The notes under the pieces were generated by a model. That model did no database searches. It saw nothing but the letters and a program-made list of their open reading frames with translations, and had not been told where the DNA came from. A stretch of 37,081 bases of DNA. It comes from a virus. Position 1 is the stretch's first letter, and every line of letters starts with the position of its first letter. The position numbers and the translations under genes were made by a program. Below, one piece after another: positions 1-11,457 of the stretch. The DNA lies in the UHGV virus genome UHGV-0136052; one strand, written 5' to 3'.

Positions 1-49
1 CCTGTGCGACCACAGCGCAAAGTGCGTGATGAATTGGGGTTTTATCCAT

Positions 50-2644
50 CTACTCTATCTCTTTTGCTTTTTTAATTATCAATTCAAGCTCTGTTAAACG
101 AGATTCAATACGTTCACACCTTCTTCGCTGGAATGCAGCCTCCAACCACAAACATTCATCTGGACGCAATCCCCAACGCTCACCAGCATGTACAACCAGT
201 TCCGTTTCACCAGTATCGTATTCTTCAAAGTATTCGTGAACGATGTCTTCTCCTTCAGGGGATTTAGCTATAAATGACACCTTGCGCTGTGCCATTACAG
301 GTTGGTACTCATCATCCCATTTATCATGACATAGCAAGCCAAATCTTGTTCCATCTATCCCCTTTGCAAGAAACGCATCTCTTACCTGCTGTGCAATTGC
401 TCCGAAATGCCAACGAGCAGTATCCGAACCTTTAGCCTTAATATCGGACAACCACTGGTAAACGATAATATTTACGTCACCCCATGCGTCAAGAATTGCA
501 TCCTGATCCACCTCCATGATTTCTGAAAGTTGCTCTACTGTCAGTGGCTTTGTTTTCAATGTCTGGTCTGAAGTATTTATTGCCCCATTAGTTGCATATA
601 CTTGCGTCCACCGTTTAGATGATGTCCCACATGATGACGTATTATCTTTATTAGCACTTATATAGCCATTAACCTCCGCTGACTGACCGATATACGAATA
701 TGAAGATGTTGATAAGGGAGATTTAAATATCCATTGAGCATTGGTAAAGTCATAAATACCGGTATCACCTTTTTCACTAACATGAAAAGTTACATTCCGT
801 AACGTATTCTTTGCATCATAACGGGCGGCTTGTGTTGTTGCCCTCGAAACAGTGAATCCTTTGTCATCAAGGTTTGCCTGCTCTATGACTTCACCACCAG
901 GCATAATTTTACCAAGGCTTAACAAACCAGAGTTAGTGACAATATCATGGGTTGAATCAATGATAATACCAGGCTGATTTCTTGATGTTGTTTTTACATG
1001 CATGACCTGTTGTGGCATTAATGTGTAAAATGTAGTTTCTCGCCCACTATCACCATCTGGTATGCCATTTGTATTCCCCATTACAAGGTCATACCCACCT
1101 GCAATCATACGGAAAAACATTGCTTCTGGTTCATATGTAAGATTGCTAACATCTGGCGTTCCGGTATCATTTGGATCTGCTATTTCATAGGCTCTTCCTG
1201 CACCTGCCTGTATTTGCTGCACCCCAAGATAAACACCATCAAGTGTGTACTGATGCAAATATTTTCTGGTTGAAGAATATGCAGATCCAGCCTGACAAAA
1301 ATAAATAGCAGTACCGTCACACGCAACTGTTTGCATATCCCTCACAAAATCGGCAATTTCAAATTCAAAAGTTGCTTCATTACGATAATCGTAATTGTAC
1401 GCCTGCGGGTTAATAAATTTGCTGGTATCAAATACTTTTACATAATAGCGAATTTGATCTGGTGTTGATGGGCTCTCACCAGGGCCAACATAACGTTTTG
1501 CTGTAGTAATCAGCCATCGACTCATAGGGTCGGTGCATAAAACATTTACCTGATTCTCGTAACCATCTTCCCATATGAGAAAAAACTCTGGTTCAATTTC
1601 ACCACCATCAGTAGGGGTGAATCTGGTGATATACTTTGCGCGATCCTCTCCTTTAGCTGTGCCAGCTAACCCCCATATCTGTAACTGGCCTCTTGTGTTA
1701 CGAAAACCAACGCGCCCTATGGTTAAACCAAGACATTGATGTCCTAATTCTCTACTACCTTTAGTCTCCCAAAGAGGAGTTAACTCTTCATTCCCAAACC
1801 AATTATAAGCAACAACTTTATTAACTTCGTCACCAGAACTAACGCTGCCACTCACATTTACCAAGCAATAAAGAACACTGTCATAATAATCAAGAACAGC
1901 ACCCTGTATGACAGTATTTTTAATTGTTGCCAGTCGCAACCCTGACTTAACATGATTAGGAGTAGAAGGTCTGAAACCTGTATACATCCCCTTTTTTATA
2001 GTTTGTATTCTTTTTTCAGTAAAATCAGCATCTGGCAGTAATCGATTCTCTGTGCGAAAATAGCCATTTATATACTTATTTCCATCAAAAACTTGATCTG
2101 TTATATATGTATTACCCCTTAGATCAACAATCCTTCCTGTGATTTGTTTTTCTAACTCTTGAAAAGATAATGTGTCATCGGTGATGCCATCACCTTTTGC
2201 TCCCCATCCGCGAGGGTCAGCGTCATCACGCCACCGAGACATCTGCAATTCATGATATTTTTTAGCACCTTCCGGGTCTTCTAATTGTTGTCTTAATTGG
2301 TCAGGATCGTACTTAAGCACATTCGGAAAATAGAACTGCTGCGTACCATATGCATCGTAAACAGCCATAGAATGGCCTTGCACGGTAACGAATTTGGAAA
2401 TCTGTCCGTTGTATACCGGGTATCCAGCAGCATTGATAACGATTGGCTGTGGCACCTGAACATAAGTACCATCTTCTCGTTCCAGATATACTGGAATCTG
2501 GTTTTCTGGATTTACCGGATCTGTGTCAATCTTACCGATATAAATTTTTCCATTTGCTACGGTTTTAAAAGAACTAGCCATTGTGAAGAGTTGCGATGGC
2601 ATACCTATCACAACATTTGGGGTTATATCAGGCATATTAGTCAT
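50..2644 (-). CDS. Tailspike: P22 gp9-like head-binding N-terminus, unassigned central receptor domain, C-terminal intramolecular-chaperone-like domain
   Basis: N-terminus [21 protein letters not shown]...[15 protein letters not shown]...VLKYDPDQ matches recalled P22/Sf6 tailspike; start taken at internal Met (ORF extension upstream judged artifact); S-D-x-x-x-K motif near C-terminal 172 aa. Confidence 0.85.
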   Translation of the reverse strand: MTNMPDITPNVVIGMPSQLFTMASSFKTVANGKIYIGKIDTDPVNPENQIPVYLEREDGTYVQVPQPIVINAAGYPVYNGQISKFVTVQGHSMAVYDAYGTQQFYFPNVLKYDPDQLRQQLEDPEGAKKYHELQMSRWRDDADPRGWGAKGDGITDDTLSFQELEKQITGRIVDLRGNTYITDQVFDGNKYINGYFRTENRLLPDADFTEKRIQTIKKGMYTGFRPSTPNHVKSGLRLATIKNTVIQGAVLDYYDSVLYCLVNVSGSVSSGDEVNKVVAYNWFGNEELTPLWETKGSRELGHQCLGLTIGRVGFRNTRGQLQIWGLAGTAKGEDRAKYITRFTPTDGGEIEPEFFLIWEDGYENQVNVLCTDPMSRWLITTAKRYVGPGESPSTPDQIRYYVKVFDTSKFINPQAYNYDYRNEATFEFEIADFVRDMQTVACDGTAIYFCQAGSAYSSTRKYLHQYTLDGVYLGVQQIQAGAGRAYEIADPNDTGTPDVSNLTYEPEAMFFRMIAGGYDLVMGNTNGIPDGDSGRETTFYTLMPQQVMHVKTTSRNQPGIIIDSTHDIVTNSGLLSLGKIMPGGEVIEQANLDDKGFTVSRATTQAARYDAKNTLRNVTFHVSEKGDTGIYDFTNAQWIFKSPLSTSSYSYIGQSAEVNGYISANKDNTSSCGTSSKRWTQVYATNGAINTSDQTLKTKPLTVEQLSEIMEVDQDAILDAWGDVNIIVYQWLSDIKAKGSDTARWHFGAIAQQVRDAFLAKGIDGTRFGLLCHDKWDDEYQPVMAQRKVSFIAKSPEGEDIVHEYFEEYDTGETELVVHAGERWGLRPDECLWLEAAFQRRRCERIESRLTELELIIKKAKEIE

Positions 2645-2989
2645 CCTGTTTGAAGATTTAGATATTGAAGAAAACGGAATGACTGCAGACAACGATGCAA
2701 TTGTTTTGAAAAATAACCTTCTATTCATTTAAAAACCATGCAACATGAACAAAACGATTATTTTACAATACTCAAGAATCTTGATCAACAGGCATATTAT
2801 TTATGCGCTTAATGCGTCACTTACAAAAATAAAAACAAGTAATACCTTTATTCCTATCGTCCATGATTTTTATTTTCAAACATTATTAAATAACAATTCC
2901 TATTTATAATATCTGTCATTTAATTTTCTCCAAATACAAGGAATCGCCGCAGCATTGCCGCAGTGATGTATTATTAATCAAAAAGATAT

Positions 2990-3002
2990 GACCACCGTGG
3001 TC
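2990..3002. promoter_or_regulatory. Perfect palindrome GACCACCGTGGTC, putative Mnt-type operator about 65 bp upstream of mnt
   Basis: Half-sites resemble recalled P22 Omnt core (GTCCACGGTGGAC); position upstream of mnt start. Confidence 0.4.
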
Positions 3003-3066
3003 TTATTGAGGATGCAACCAACAGATAATAAGATGCCGATCCACTCACAAAAGCGAGGCATCAAGA

Positions 3067-3318
3067 ATGGGAAGAGATGACCCGCAATTTAATCTGCGGA
3101 TATCTTACGAATTAAAGGAAAAACTAAAACAGCGAGCCAAATCCAATGGCCGCTCTCTTAATTCAGAATTAGTTCAGATAGTGACTGATGCTGTATCAAA
3201 GCCATCCAAAATTTCAGGCTATTGAGACGATGCGGAACGCATCGCTGATGAGCAGTCCGACCTTGTTAAGAAGATGGTGTTTGATACGCTGAAGGATTTG
3301 TACAAAAAACCCACCTGA
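3067..3318 (+). pseudogene. mnt: Mnt-like ribbon-helix-helix repressor interrupted by in-frame TGA at 3223-3225 (codon 53)
   Basis: Hand translation MGRDDPQFNLRISYELKEKLKQRAKSNGRSLNSELVQIVTDAVSKPSKISGY*DDAERIADEQSDLVKKMVFDTLKDLYKKPT matches recalled P22 Mnt (83 aa) across the stop. Confidence 0.7.
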
Positions 3319-3417
3319 CGGTAGGTTAATTTTTGCATTTACCTGGGCCATATTGACTACTTATAAAATGAGATCAATATTTAATCGCCCAATAACGGGT
3401 GTATGTTGAGGTATATC

Positions 3418-3597
3418 ATGGCGAAAAAACCAGGTGAAAACACAGGAAAAAACGGCGGAATATACCAAGAAGTTGGCCCGCGCGGCGGTAAGAAAGACAA
3501 TTTTGCCACCGTCAAGGACAACGAAAGGCTTCCACCAACAACAAAGCCAGGTCATGGCTGGGTATTAGATAAGCGAACTCCAGACAGCAAAAAGTAA
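3418..3597 (+). CDS. Small hypothetical protein (about 59 aa, Gly/Lys-rich)
   Basis: ORF with GAGGT Shine-Dalgarno before ATG; followed by hairpin terminator; family not recognised with confidence. Confidence 0.45.
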   Translation: MAKKPGENTGKNGGIYQEVGPRGGKKDNFATVKDNERLPPTTKPGHGWVLDKRTPDSKK

Positions 3598-3602
3598 TAA
3601 TC

Positions 3603-3626
3603 AAGCCGGGTCACTCCGGCTTTTTG
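3603..3626 (+). terminator. Rho-independent terminator hairpin (AAGCCGG-GTCACT-CCGGCTT followed by T-run)
   Basis: GC stem plus T5 directly after stop of the 3418-3597 ORF. Confidence 0.6.
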
Positions 3627-3976
3627 ATATGTCGCTCGCAGAACTCAACAAGCCTGCTCATTAAGTAGCAGTAAGTCTCGTTGGCTCTTCCTGGTTCAAC
3701 ATCAACACCGACCCTTGAGCAGATATCGAATGCCATGTGAGCGCACTCATGGGCAATAGTAGATAGTTTGCCATTGAACACGCCTATCACATGCAAAACA
3801 CCATTCTCGCTGCTCATTGTATGAGACGCTCCGTTGGCATCCGAGTCCTGCACGTCCACACCAAGTTTTTGATGCAGGCGTTGCCATTCTGGAAAGTCTC
3901 TACAAAACACAATTGTACCGCTCTCAAAGAGCGGAACGAGCATCTTTGGTACGTTTCCAATATTAACTTTTTTCAT
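3611..3976 (-). CDS. Small protein with HEXXH motif (HECAH), putative zinc metallopeptidase-like
   Basis: ORF with AGGA before internal Met (MKKVNIG...); HEXXH in ...STIAHECAHMAFD...; no family assigned. Confidence 0.5.
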   Translation of the reverse strand: MKKVNIGNVPKMLVPLFESGTIVFCRDFPEWQRLHQKLGVDVQDSDANGASHTMSSENGVLHVIGVFNGKLSTIAHECAHMAFDICSRVGVDVEPGRANETYCYLMSRLVEFCERHIKKPE

Positions 3977-4006
3977 GGTATCCTGCACAAAACTAAGGAG
4001 GTTGGT

Positions 4007-4396
4007 GTGAAGCAATTTCTTGCTGCTATGTTCTTATTCATATCTTTTGGGGCTACAGCAGAGTGCTGGGTCGTTGGAGATATGCGGGGAATAAGCTATT
4101 CAGAACGAAATAATTTCCATCCGGAAGAAGATGGTTTTAGTGGAACATTCATCATTAAGACAAGCGGTGAAGATGCCAGCATCACATATTCTGGGACAGA
4201 TGCGGGCGGCATGGCTTACAAAGCATTGTCTAAAAACTCCATCATAGGAATCGGCGCGAATGGCGAAACTCAACGCGTTATCGACTCATGGGTAATACAT
4301 CCTACTGGAACAGTTTTAATGTCAAAAACCATTTCCGGTTATGGAAATATGGATTCAACCAAAGCTTTTGTTGGAAAAGTAAAAAGAAAATGTTAG
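4007..4396 (+). CDS. Secreted small protein (paralog A), GTG start, predicted Sec signal peptide
   Basis: AAGGAGG 6 nt before GTG; hydrophobic N-terminus ending ATA|ECW; mature about 112 aa with Cys near both ends; about 30 percent identical to 28389-28793 product. Confidence 0.65.
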   Translation: MKQFLAAMFLFISFGATAECWVVGDMRGISYSERNNFHPEEDGFSGTFIIKTSGEDASITYSGTDAGGMAYKALSKNSIIGIGANGETQRVIDSWVIHPTGTVLMSKTISGYGNMDSTKAFVGKVKRKC

Positions 4397-4420
4397 CGAT
4401 TGAATCCAATTTCCCATACG

Positions 4421-6262
4421 TTACTGCTGTGTTGCCTCAGTAGCAAACAGCGGTCTGATGGCATTCGCAGCGTTATTTAGCGCTCTTTCATAGGCTGGTG
4501 TTCCTGCTTTGGTGTTTGCCAAACGAAGAAGCATATTCCTTGCGGCTTTGGACTCATACAAACGCATCATTGCACCAAAGCCAGCCTCAAGCCCCATTGA
4601 TACTCCAAGAGTCGCAGTTGCGCCAATCGTCCTTATCCTGTTGGCTTGTGATTGCCCCGTCTGAGTTACTACATTTGCGGTGTCTGACCTTGCTGTTTGC
4701 TGTAGAACTTCATGAAGAGCATCAAGCTCTTTCATGTGCTTTCCAGAAAAAATAGTGTTGTAAATTTCACCGCCTGACTGAGATTTAAGCTTATTAACTT
4801 CAGTGATGAACTTGGCTGGAGAGTCACCGGCCTTTTCCGCTATTTTGCTGACGTAAGCTGCACGCATAGCATCTTTCCCTTTATCATCCAATGCGCTCCA
4901 GATTCGTTTCACGTCAGATGGCTTTCTGCTTAATACAACGGTATTTATAAGTTCAGGACTGGCTTCACTGCTTGCCTTGTTGAGCTTGTTAGCAATGTTT
5001 TTATTAAGCACCTTATTATAAACGTTTGCATAATCGGAGTTTGCTTTAAGGTATTTTGCTGCGTCTGATGCACCGAGGTTTTTTGCAACTGCGTTACGAA
5101 GATCTTTTGACATTGCATTCTCTACCATATTGGTAGCTGCTTTTGCCTGGTTGGGGAAGACCATAGCATCTCCCTGAACATTGGATCTAAATGCTGTTCT
5201 GTGCTGACGCAAGAGATCAAACGTAACATCCAAATCAGTTGCAGGGTTTGCTAATTCTTCACGTAGGTTACGCAAGGATGTAAGCAGGCTTTGATTGGCA
5301 GACGTCCCAAGCCGTTCCTGTCTTGCGATCGCTGTATTCAGAGCATTCATGGTATTTGTGGTATCAACTGCGGCATTACCCATTTTATTGGTGACGTCAT
5401 TGATAACAGCGCCAGCGGCATCCTTCCGTCCCCTTAACGTGGTGGTCAGAGATTTCACCACATCATCAGGGTTGTACTCACCAAAACGGTCAAAATAATT
5501 GCTTACCAGCTTACTACGCGTTGCATATTGCTCCGCTCGCTTTGAGCCTGTCCCGAGCAAAGCCCCCTCAGCATCCTGAGTAAGTCCGCGAGTGAAAGCA
5601 TTTTTCGGCGGGATAACATCAGATGTCATTGGTGTCACGCCCATCGATTCTGATGTGGCAATTTTCTTCGCCACTTCTGGCGCAATATCACCTTTTATAG
5701 CCGTTATTCCACGCCCTATTCCCTTTGCTGCTGCGGAAAGAACACCCTGAGCGGCAAGGTTAACTCCGGCATTTTTAGCTGCATTTTGTGCGAAATCACC
5801 TTTCTGATTTGCGGCCTCTGCCAGTGATCCAATAGCCATGCTTCCTGCCGTTCCAACTCCTGGAACTAAATACCCGCCAATTGTTTCTCCAGCTTGAGCG
5901 TAGGGGTCTGTCGGTCTGTCTACTGGACGATAGACATCATCCAATACTTTTGGCCCACCAAGCCCCTGACTGATTGCATTAATCAGACTTGCGCCACCCT
6001 GCAATACGTCAAATGGTATGTTTACCAGACCACGACCAGCCTGTTCTGCAATTTGCCCTGCACTTTGACCACCAGTGAGCCAATCGCCAGCTTGTTGCAT
6101 CAATGATGGTTCTTCCCGTGTTGGTGCATTATTGTCCTGATTAACTGTTTTTTGCTGAACAGCCTGACCAGCAAAATACTCATCAATGGCGGTGCCAATA
6201 TCTTCCGTGCTCGTACCATCAGGGAAGGTAAATGTCTTACCGTTTGCAGTTACTTTCATCAT
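4421..6262 (-). CDS. Ejection/internal protein, P22 gp16-like
   Basis: Size (613 aa) and position after gp20 in P22 gene order; Ala/Gly-rich. Confidence 0.75.
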   Translation of the reverse strand: MMKVTANGKTFTFPDGTSTEDIGTAIDEYFAGQAVQQKTVNQDNNAPTREEPSLMQQAGDWLTGGQSAGQIAEQAGRGLVNIPFDVLQGGASLINAISQGLGGPKVLDDVYRPVDRPTDPYAQAGETIGGYLVPGVGTAGSMAIGSLAEAANQKGDFAQNAAKNAGVNLAAQGVLSAAAKGIGRGITAIKGDIAPEVAKKIATSESMGVTPMTSDVIPPKNAFTRGLTQDAEGALLGTGSKRAEQYATRSKLVSNYFDRFGEYNPDDVVKSLTTTLRGRKDAAGAVINDVTNKMGNAAVDTTNTMNALNTAIARQERLGTSANQSLLTSLRNLREELANPATDLDVTFDLLRQHRTAFRSNVQGDAMVFPNQAKAATNMVENAMSKDLRNAVAKNLGASDAAKYLKANSDYANVYNKVLNKNIANKLNKASSEASPELINTVVLSRKPSDVKRIWSALDDKGKDAMRAAYVSKIAEKAGDSPAKFITEVNKLKSQSGGEIYNTIFSGKHMKELDALHEVLQQTARSDTANVVTQTGQSQANRIRTIGATATLGVSMGLEAGFGAMMRLYESKAARNMLLRLANTKAGTPAYERALNNAANAIRPLFATEATQQ

Positions 6263-7674
6263 TCCACCGTAAATTGAATGCCTGATTTTGAGGTATATGA
6301 TCCAACCTGATTCCGTGGTTCTCCTGAAGGCGTCGAATCTTGTGCTGGCGCTGCGTCAGTATTCATTGACATATACCGCTTAACGGCACTCCCCAATGAT
6401 TCACCTTTTTTAACATCCAACCCCAATATCTGACCGCCATTACGCGATTGTCCAGGGTTGCCATTCGCGCTCATCCACTCGGCTTTAAACTCATTAAACT
6501 GCGCGTTTCGTCGCTCAAGGTTTGCCATTGCATCAAGCCATCTTGCGACCGTCTCAGGGTTATCCATGTCAGTTGGCGCACCCTGTCGAACGATCTCAAC
6601 GTCTTTATCCGTTGCTGGGCCGGGAGGTAGGAATTTAAGAACCTGACTGTTAACAAGGGCATTTTGGCGAATGCGCAAATCACGCAATGTCGTATCACTT
6701 CCGGTAAGTTTTGCGAACATGTTCTGTGCGTTACCGAACAAACCTGTCGTTGGTTTTTCTGCTCTGAACTGTTGAGCAAGCGCACTCATAGAATTGGCTG
6801 AGTTTGATGATGCTGTGGCATTGTTTACAGCCGTCTCGATGCCTTTTTCCATGTTTACTGACAGCTTAGGTGCTTCGCTAATCAACTGCTGAGCCTTTTC
6901 CTGCGCTTGCTGCATCTTAAACCCGAACTCTTGCTGATCCAGAGCCAAGCGTTGTGCTGCGATATTGTGCCCAGTCATTGCTGACTGATAGGAAAGGTTT
7001 TGCCCTCTCGCCTGAAGTGCTTCACCAGCCTGATTGCTGCGGATTGTTTCTGCCAGCCTGCCTCGGTCAATTTCACGACCAGCCATCTTATCCTGAACAG
7101 CAAACGCCTTTTCTGGCCCAAGTGCACCGAGAGACATAGTAGTCAGCATGTGTGATAGCTGCTCTGGATTCTGGATACCTGTCTGAATCATCCAGTCAGC
7201 ATTAGCGCCAACGCGATTTAACCTGTCCTTGTTGTCAGTAATGAATTTACTGTAGGCTTCCGGTCCCTGAGAAAGAGCGACGTTAGCTCTCATGGCTAAA
7301 TCGCCCATATCGTTGCGTTGCTGATCATTAAGACCTGAAAACGCCTGTTGTGCCTGTGCAACAAACGCTGGATTTTCCTGGGCAAACTTAAATAGTCCCG
7401 ATGGATCACCAGAAGCCCATGCATCAGCATGAACCTTATTGAACGCACTAATCGCTTTCTGTTGCTGTTCCTGATTGTAAATATCAGCAACTCCAGCCAG
7501 ACCACGTAACGCGGTCAGACCAACGTTATTTGCACCTGATCGAGCCAATTCATTGTTTTCGCGGATCAGACCAAGCGTTGCGTTAATGTCGCTTGCCTTT
7601 GGCGCATTCTCATTTTGCGTACCGATGCCAGCCAGAAAACCACCAGAATTAATACCCTGTTGCCACGTAGCCAT
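6259..7674 (-). CDS. Ejection protein, P22 gp20-like
   Basis: 471 aa, same length and position as P22 gp20. Confidence 0.75.
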   Translation of the reverse strand: MATWQQGINSGGFLAGIGTQNENAPKASDINATLGLIRENNELARSGANNVGLTALRGLAGVADIYNQEQQQKAISAFNKVHADAWASGDPSGLFKFAQENPAFVAQAQQAFSGLNDQQRNDMGDLAMRANVALSQGPEAYSKFITDNKDRLNRVGANADWMIQTGIQNPEQLSHMLTTMSLGALGPEKAFAVQDKMAGREIDRGRLAETIRSNQAGEALQARGQNLSYQSAMTGHNIAAQRLALDQQEFGFKMQQAQEKAQQLISEAPKLSVNMEKGIETAVNNATASSNSANSMSALAQQFRAEKPTTGLFGNAQNMFAKLTGSDTTLRDLRIRQNALVNSQVLKFLPPGPATDKDVEIVRQGAPTDMDNPETVARWLDAMANLERRNAQFNEFKAEWMSANGNPGQSRNGGQILGLDVKKGESLGSAVKRYMSMNTDAAPAQDSTPSGEPRNQVGSYTSKSGIQFTVE

Positions 7675-7683
7675 GATTACCCC

Positions 7684-8379
7684 TTAAAACAACGAGCCAA
7701 GCAGACCAAGACCGCCACCAACAGCGGCACCGATACCAGTACCAATACCAGGAACAATGCTGCCAAGTTGTGCTCCAGCAATTGCTCCAGAGGCAGCCCC
7801 GCCTATTGCAGATTGAAGGCCGGAAGGTCTATTAGCGTTTGCCGCCGCCAGTGCCGCGCTTTGCTGTGAAATCTGGCTCATGTTGTTGGCATATGTTTGC
7901 CCGGCGTTTGCCTGTCCCTGAAGAGCGCCAAGACCAATATTTGCCAGATTCTGGTAGTTGTTCATTTGTCCAGATAGCCATTGCTGGCCAAGAGTTGGTG
8001 CGATTGTTGCTAACTGATTACTGGTTGCGGTGGAACCTAATCCACCTGTTGCTTCCGCTGCCGCCAGACTCTGATAGCGCGCCTGACCAGCAAGGTCTTT
8101 GTACTGCTGAGAGTTGTAATACTGGTTAAGCGCCTGACCTTGCCCCTCCAGAGACGATAAGTTCTCGAGGCTGCCGACATACTTCTCAGCCAGAGGAGTA
8201 AACGGTTTCAGGTTGTTCATGATGGTGTTGAACTGCTGATTTTGCAGGTCTGCGGCATACTTCTGAGCTTCTGCTGCATACTTTGCGCTTTTATCAGAAC
8301 TGCCACCTTTCCCGCCTTTTTCAGGGTAATAAGGTTCCTCGCCGCGCAGTTTTCTGCCCAGCGTAAATGCATATAACAT
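7684..8379 (-). CDS. Ejection protein, P22 gp7-like
   Basis: 231 aa, Gly/Ala-rich C-terminus, P22 gene order. Confidence 0.7.
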   Translation of the reverse strand: MLYAFTLGRKLRGEEPYYPEKGGKGGSSDKSAKYAAEAQKYAADLQNQQFNTIMNNLKPFTPLAEKYVGSLENLSSLEGQGQALNQYYNSQQYKDLAGQARYQSLAAAEATGGLGSTATSNQLATIAPTLGQQWLSGQMNNYQNLANIGLGALQGQANAGQTYANNMSQISQQSAALAAANANRPSGLQSAIGGAASGAIAGAQLGSIVPGIGTGIGAAVGGGLGLLGSLF

Positions 8380-8381
8380 GG

Positions 8382-8837
8382 CTATCTCCCGTGATTCAGG
8401 AAGTCGATTAGTTCTTCGCGTGTGGCGCTGTAAAACGTCACGTCATCCACGCCTTTGAAGTATTTCTTGATGGTTCCTACACGCTTAAGGCCAATCATTG
8501 CGCAGTACATCTGCCCGTGGCGGAATTTGCGTGCAGCAAATGATGTGACGCACTGAACGGTGGTGTTGGTCAGAATGTATCGCCAGAACGCCAGCCCTAT
8601 TTCCTTGCTGAAGCCGCGAATCTCTGGCAGGTACATGGCGTGGCAATCGAATGTAAGCGGCTGAATCTCCTGATAGTAAACAATGCCGCCAAACTGCCCG
8701 TGCACGTTAACTTCAAAGTAACGGCAATCAGGTTTGTAGCCGTATTCATCACCGTTATTGCTCCCGGCGATAATGTCAGGGTGATTTCCGACTGCTTCTA
8801 TCAGGTCGATGTTTCGCGTTGGTTTGAATGTAATCAT
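8382..8837 (-). CDS. Head assembly protein, P22 gp14-like
   Basis: Position between gp26 and gp7 homologs. Confidence 0.6.
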   Translation of the reverse strand: MITFKPTRNIDLIEAVGNHPDIIAGSNNGDEYGYKPDCRYFEVNVHGQFGGIVYYQEIQPLTFDCHAMYLPEIRGFSKEIGLAFWRYILTNTTVQCVTSFAARKFRHGQMYCAMIGLKRVGTIKKYFKGVDDVTFYSATREELIDFLNHGR

Positions 8838-9538
8838 CAGTCAATCAGCCCATGTAATCTAAGTGCTGTTTCAAGCGCCAGAATACGCTGCCGCGCCTGC
8901 TGCAAACCTGTAGCGAGAGCTGCGACTTCGGATTGTGTGTATGTAGTGCCGACAGTGTATGACTGGTTAGCGTTGAATGAGCCAAGAAGTGGCGTACCTG
9001 TGGCTGCAGTCCATCCGGTATTTCTTGCTCCAACAACCTGAATTCCATCAACTGAATATGATGTTTTTACATCCAGCGGTGACGCAAGAGACTGCGATTT
9101 GGTTACAGTTTTCGATACGTAATCACTCTTAATGTCAGATACATCGCTTTCTACGCCATCCAGTCTTTTGTCAACAGTGACCAGATGCGCCTGAATATCG
9201 ATAACCTCATCCAGCAAGTAATCAACATCGCTACGCAGTACGACTATCTTCCCTTCGGCGGTTGTTAACCTGACCTCAAGGAGATTTATCGCTTTTGTGT
9301 TTGCGGTGATTCTTGCATCGTGGTCAGCCAGTTCGACATCCTGTTCATCGTTTTTTACTTGGGCATCATAAGCGCCCTGACCAGCCTGATTTGCCTTTCC
9401 AGCAATTGCACCGACATCAGCCCCCTGATTAATGACATACAGCAGGTAAGACTGGCTGAAGATATTGCGTGGAAGGATTGATGTATCGAGCCGCGTCGCC
9501 TGAACAATAACCGGTGTGTTGAGATTCGAATCAGCCAT
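8837..9538 (-). CDS. Tail needle, P22 gp26-like
   Basis: 233 aa; N-terminal [18 protein letters not shown]...SYLLYVI and C-terminal ...[14 protein letters not shown]... match recalled gp26; central coiled coil. Confidence 0.85.
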   Translation of the reverse strand: MADSNLNTPVIVQATRLDTSILPRNIFSQSYLLYVINQGADVGAIAGKANQAGQGAYDAQVKNDEQDVELADHDARITANTKAINLLEVRLTTAEGKIVVLRSDVDYLLDEVIDIQAHLVTVDKRLDGVESDVSDIKSDYVSKTVTKSQSLASPLDVKTSYSVDGIQVVGARNTGWTAATGTPLLGSFNANQSYTVGTTYTQSEVAALATGLQQARQRILALETALRLHGLID

Positions 9539-10956
9539 TACTCAATCCTTATCTGAGCGCCAGACAGAGTGACAGGTGACTTCGTGATAATGCGCAATTT
9601 GAAGCCGACATTTTTCCTGATGCGCCCGACTCGCTTCCACAAAACGCGTTTGTCGTAAACGAACGGTTCATTCTGCTCAATCATCTGCTCACGACCGTAA
9701 TTGATGCCGTCAGTGGTTGCAGAGAGGAACAGGCGGTCAGCGTACTGAGCGACACCCGTCGATGATTCAACTTCCAGATCGAAGCATCTGCCGTTATCCG
9801 CTTTGAACAACGGAGTAAACAACAGGTGTTCCTGTTGCTTGTCGTACTGGCTGCTGATATCGAACTGCAATTTGCCGATAACCGATTCCAGCTTATCTCC
9901 GCACGTTATCTGATTGCCTTCGTAAATGAAGTCGATAGCGCGGTACACATCGTCATACAGGCCTGTTTTCAGCACACACCATTGCGGACCATTGGCGCTT
10001 GAAGATGCGTCGTACACGAGAACATGGCGCGGAAGGTGGATAATCAGCAACTCATGCGCATCAAACCGCAACGATTCCATCACGCCATCAGCCAGTTCAT
10101 CAGCGGTATAGGAACGGAGGATTTTCTCAATGCTCGCGCTGGCGATTGGTGATACCTGACCGGAGCCGATGATGTATACAGACGGCGCACCTGTTGCCGG
10201 ATTGCTGATGAACGCATAAGAATCAGCGAATGGCGTTTTGCAGTAAGTCCCGGCAATACCTTTCTGCACCATCAATGATGGCTGTGCGACATACAAAGCG
10301 GCACCAACGGTGGTTGCCCCCGTCAGGGAGAAATATTCAATCGTCGATGAACCAAAGCAGACGATGAAGTCTCGCCATGTTCCGATGCCGATGATGCCGT
10401 CAGGCTGAGACTCAGCACGATATTGTGCGCTGTAACGGTCAGGATGAGATTCGTCTTCAAGGTCAGTGATAAACCATGAATCAGTACCGTCTTTTGACCA
10501 CGCATAACGCCCACGTAAGCGCGTAATGTCACGAACCGAACCTAACTCATACTGCGTGAATCCGCTATCTGTAGGCCAGTTTGAGACGGTTTTAACCGTG
10601 CCATCATAACGATACTCTACCAGTTGCCCGTTAACGCCTACCGCCTGTGATGTTCGACCATGCGCCATTGATACGCGACCACTTCCGGCAACATCACCGA
10701 CCTCACTTTCGCCCTTATACAGTTTGCCACCACACACGCGATAAACAGCATTCTGCGCCATGTTGTACTCGACGCCTCGCGATACGCCGTTCACATCAGA
10801 ACGTTTGGCAATGCCCGGGAATGAGCGAAGATATCCGCTGCTGTTCAGGATTTCTTTGGGTGTAGCCAACATATTCACTGGCAGATAGTCGATATAGTCG
10901 GCGTTTCGGAAGTCTTTGCCGACACCTTTCATAAGCGGAAGTTGCTGAATCGGCAT
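9538..10956 (-). CDS. Tail accessory protein, P22 gp10-like
   Basis: 472 aa, same length and position as P22 gp10. Confidence 0.8.
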   Translation of the reverse strand: MPIQQLPLMKGVGKDFRNADYIDYLPVNMLATPKEILNSSGYLRSFPGIAKRSDVNGVSRGVEYNMAQNAVYRVCGGKLYKGESEVGDVAGSGRVSMAHGRTSQAVGVNGQLVEYRYDGTVKTVSNWPTDSGFTQYELGSVRDITRLRGRYAWSKDGTDSWFITDLEDESHPDRYSAQYRAESQPDGIIGIGTWRDFIVCFGSSTIEYFSLTGATTVGAALYVAQPSLMVQKGIAGTYCKTPFADSYAFISNPATGAPSVYIIGSGQVSPIASASIEKILRSYTADELADGVMESLRFDAHELLIIHLPRHVLVYDASSSANGPQWCVLKTGLYDDVYRAIDFIYEGNQITCGDKLESVIGKLQFDISSQYDKQQEHLLFTPLFKADNGRCFDLEVESSTGVAQYADRLFLSATTDGINYGREQMIEQNEPFVYDKRVLWKRVGRIRKNVGFKLRIITKSPVTLSGAQIRIE

Positions 10957-11457
10957 TTATTCGCTCCCGTTATCGCAAGGTTCCTTTCGGTGGAAGTAAT
11001 TCCAACCATTCCACTTCGCCAACTGGTTACCGCTACCAACAGGCATACGGTTTGGATAACCGGACTTACATTTAGCGGCTTTTGCTCTGTCCATTGCAGA
11101 CAGTTTGACGAGTCGCTCTTTCCCGTATCTGGCAGTGGTTATAAGTTTTGCTGACGCTTCCAGCGCATAATCCGGAGCAATGCGGCAGGCAAGGTTGAAA
11201 ATGACAGCATTGATAGCGTTATTTGATAAACCGTGCTCATCTCCCGGATTTGGAGCGACATCTGCATCAGCGAAAATGTAGCCAACATTGATACCTGGTG
11301 ACGCATCACCGCCAAGCCATTCCGCCATCATCATTTCAAGGTCGTTGACACCATCTTCCATGGACTGAGGTTCGACATCGGTTAACGTGGCATTTGATGC
11401 CACACCGAGCTTACGTAATGCCGCAAGAACTAAATCACCCTTCGTTGTCAGGTTCAT
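10957..11457 (-). CDS. Tail accessory protein, P22 gp4-like
   Basis: From internal Met: [32 protein letters not shown]... matches recalled gp4; upstream SQSQSQ extension is an ORF artifact. Confidence 0.8.
   Translation of the reverse strand: MNLTTKGDLVLAALRKLGVASNATLTDVEPQSMEDGVNDLEMMMAEWLGGDASPGINVGYIFADADVAPNPGDEHGLSNNAINAVIFNLACRIAPDYALEASAKLITTARYGKERLVKLSAMDRAKAAKCKSGYPNRMPVGSGNQLAKWNGWNYFHRKEPCDNGSE

Noticed and set aside
2297-2653. 118-aa plus-strand ORF, and similar antisense ORFs inside gp16, gp20, portal, coat, helicase and others
   Set aside because: Fully embedded antisense to long, well-supported phage genes; typical spurious ORFs
2645-2728. Signal-peptide-like N-terminal extension ([21 protein letters not shown]...) on the tailspike ORF
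   Set aside because: Tailspike homology begins at the internal Met ([12 protein letters not shown]...), which has its own AGGA motif; the extension is what you get by reading upstream to the first in-frame start
2729-3066. Search for arc and ant homologs between mnt and the tailspike
   Set aside because: Only very short ORFs (about 21 aa or less) occur on either strand of this AT-rich spacer; arc and ant appear to be deleted
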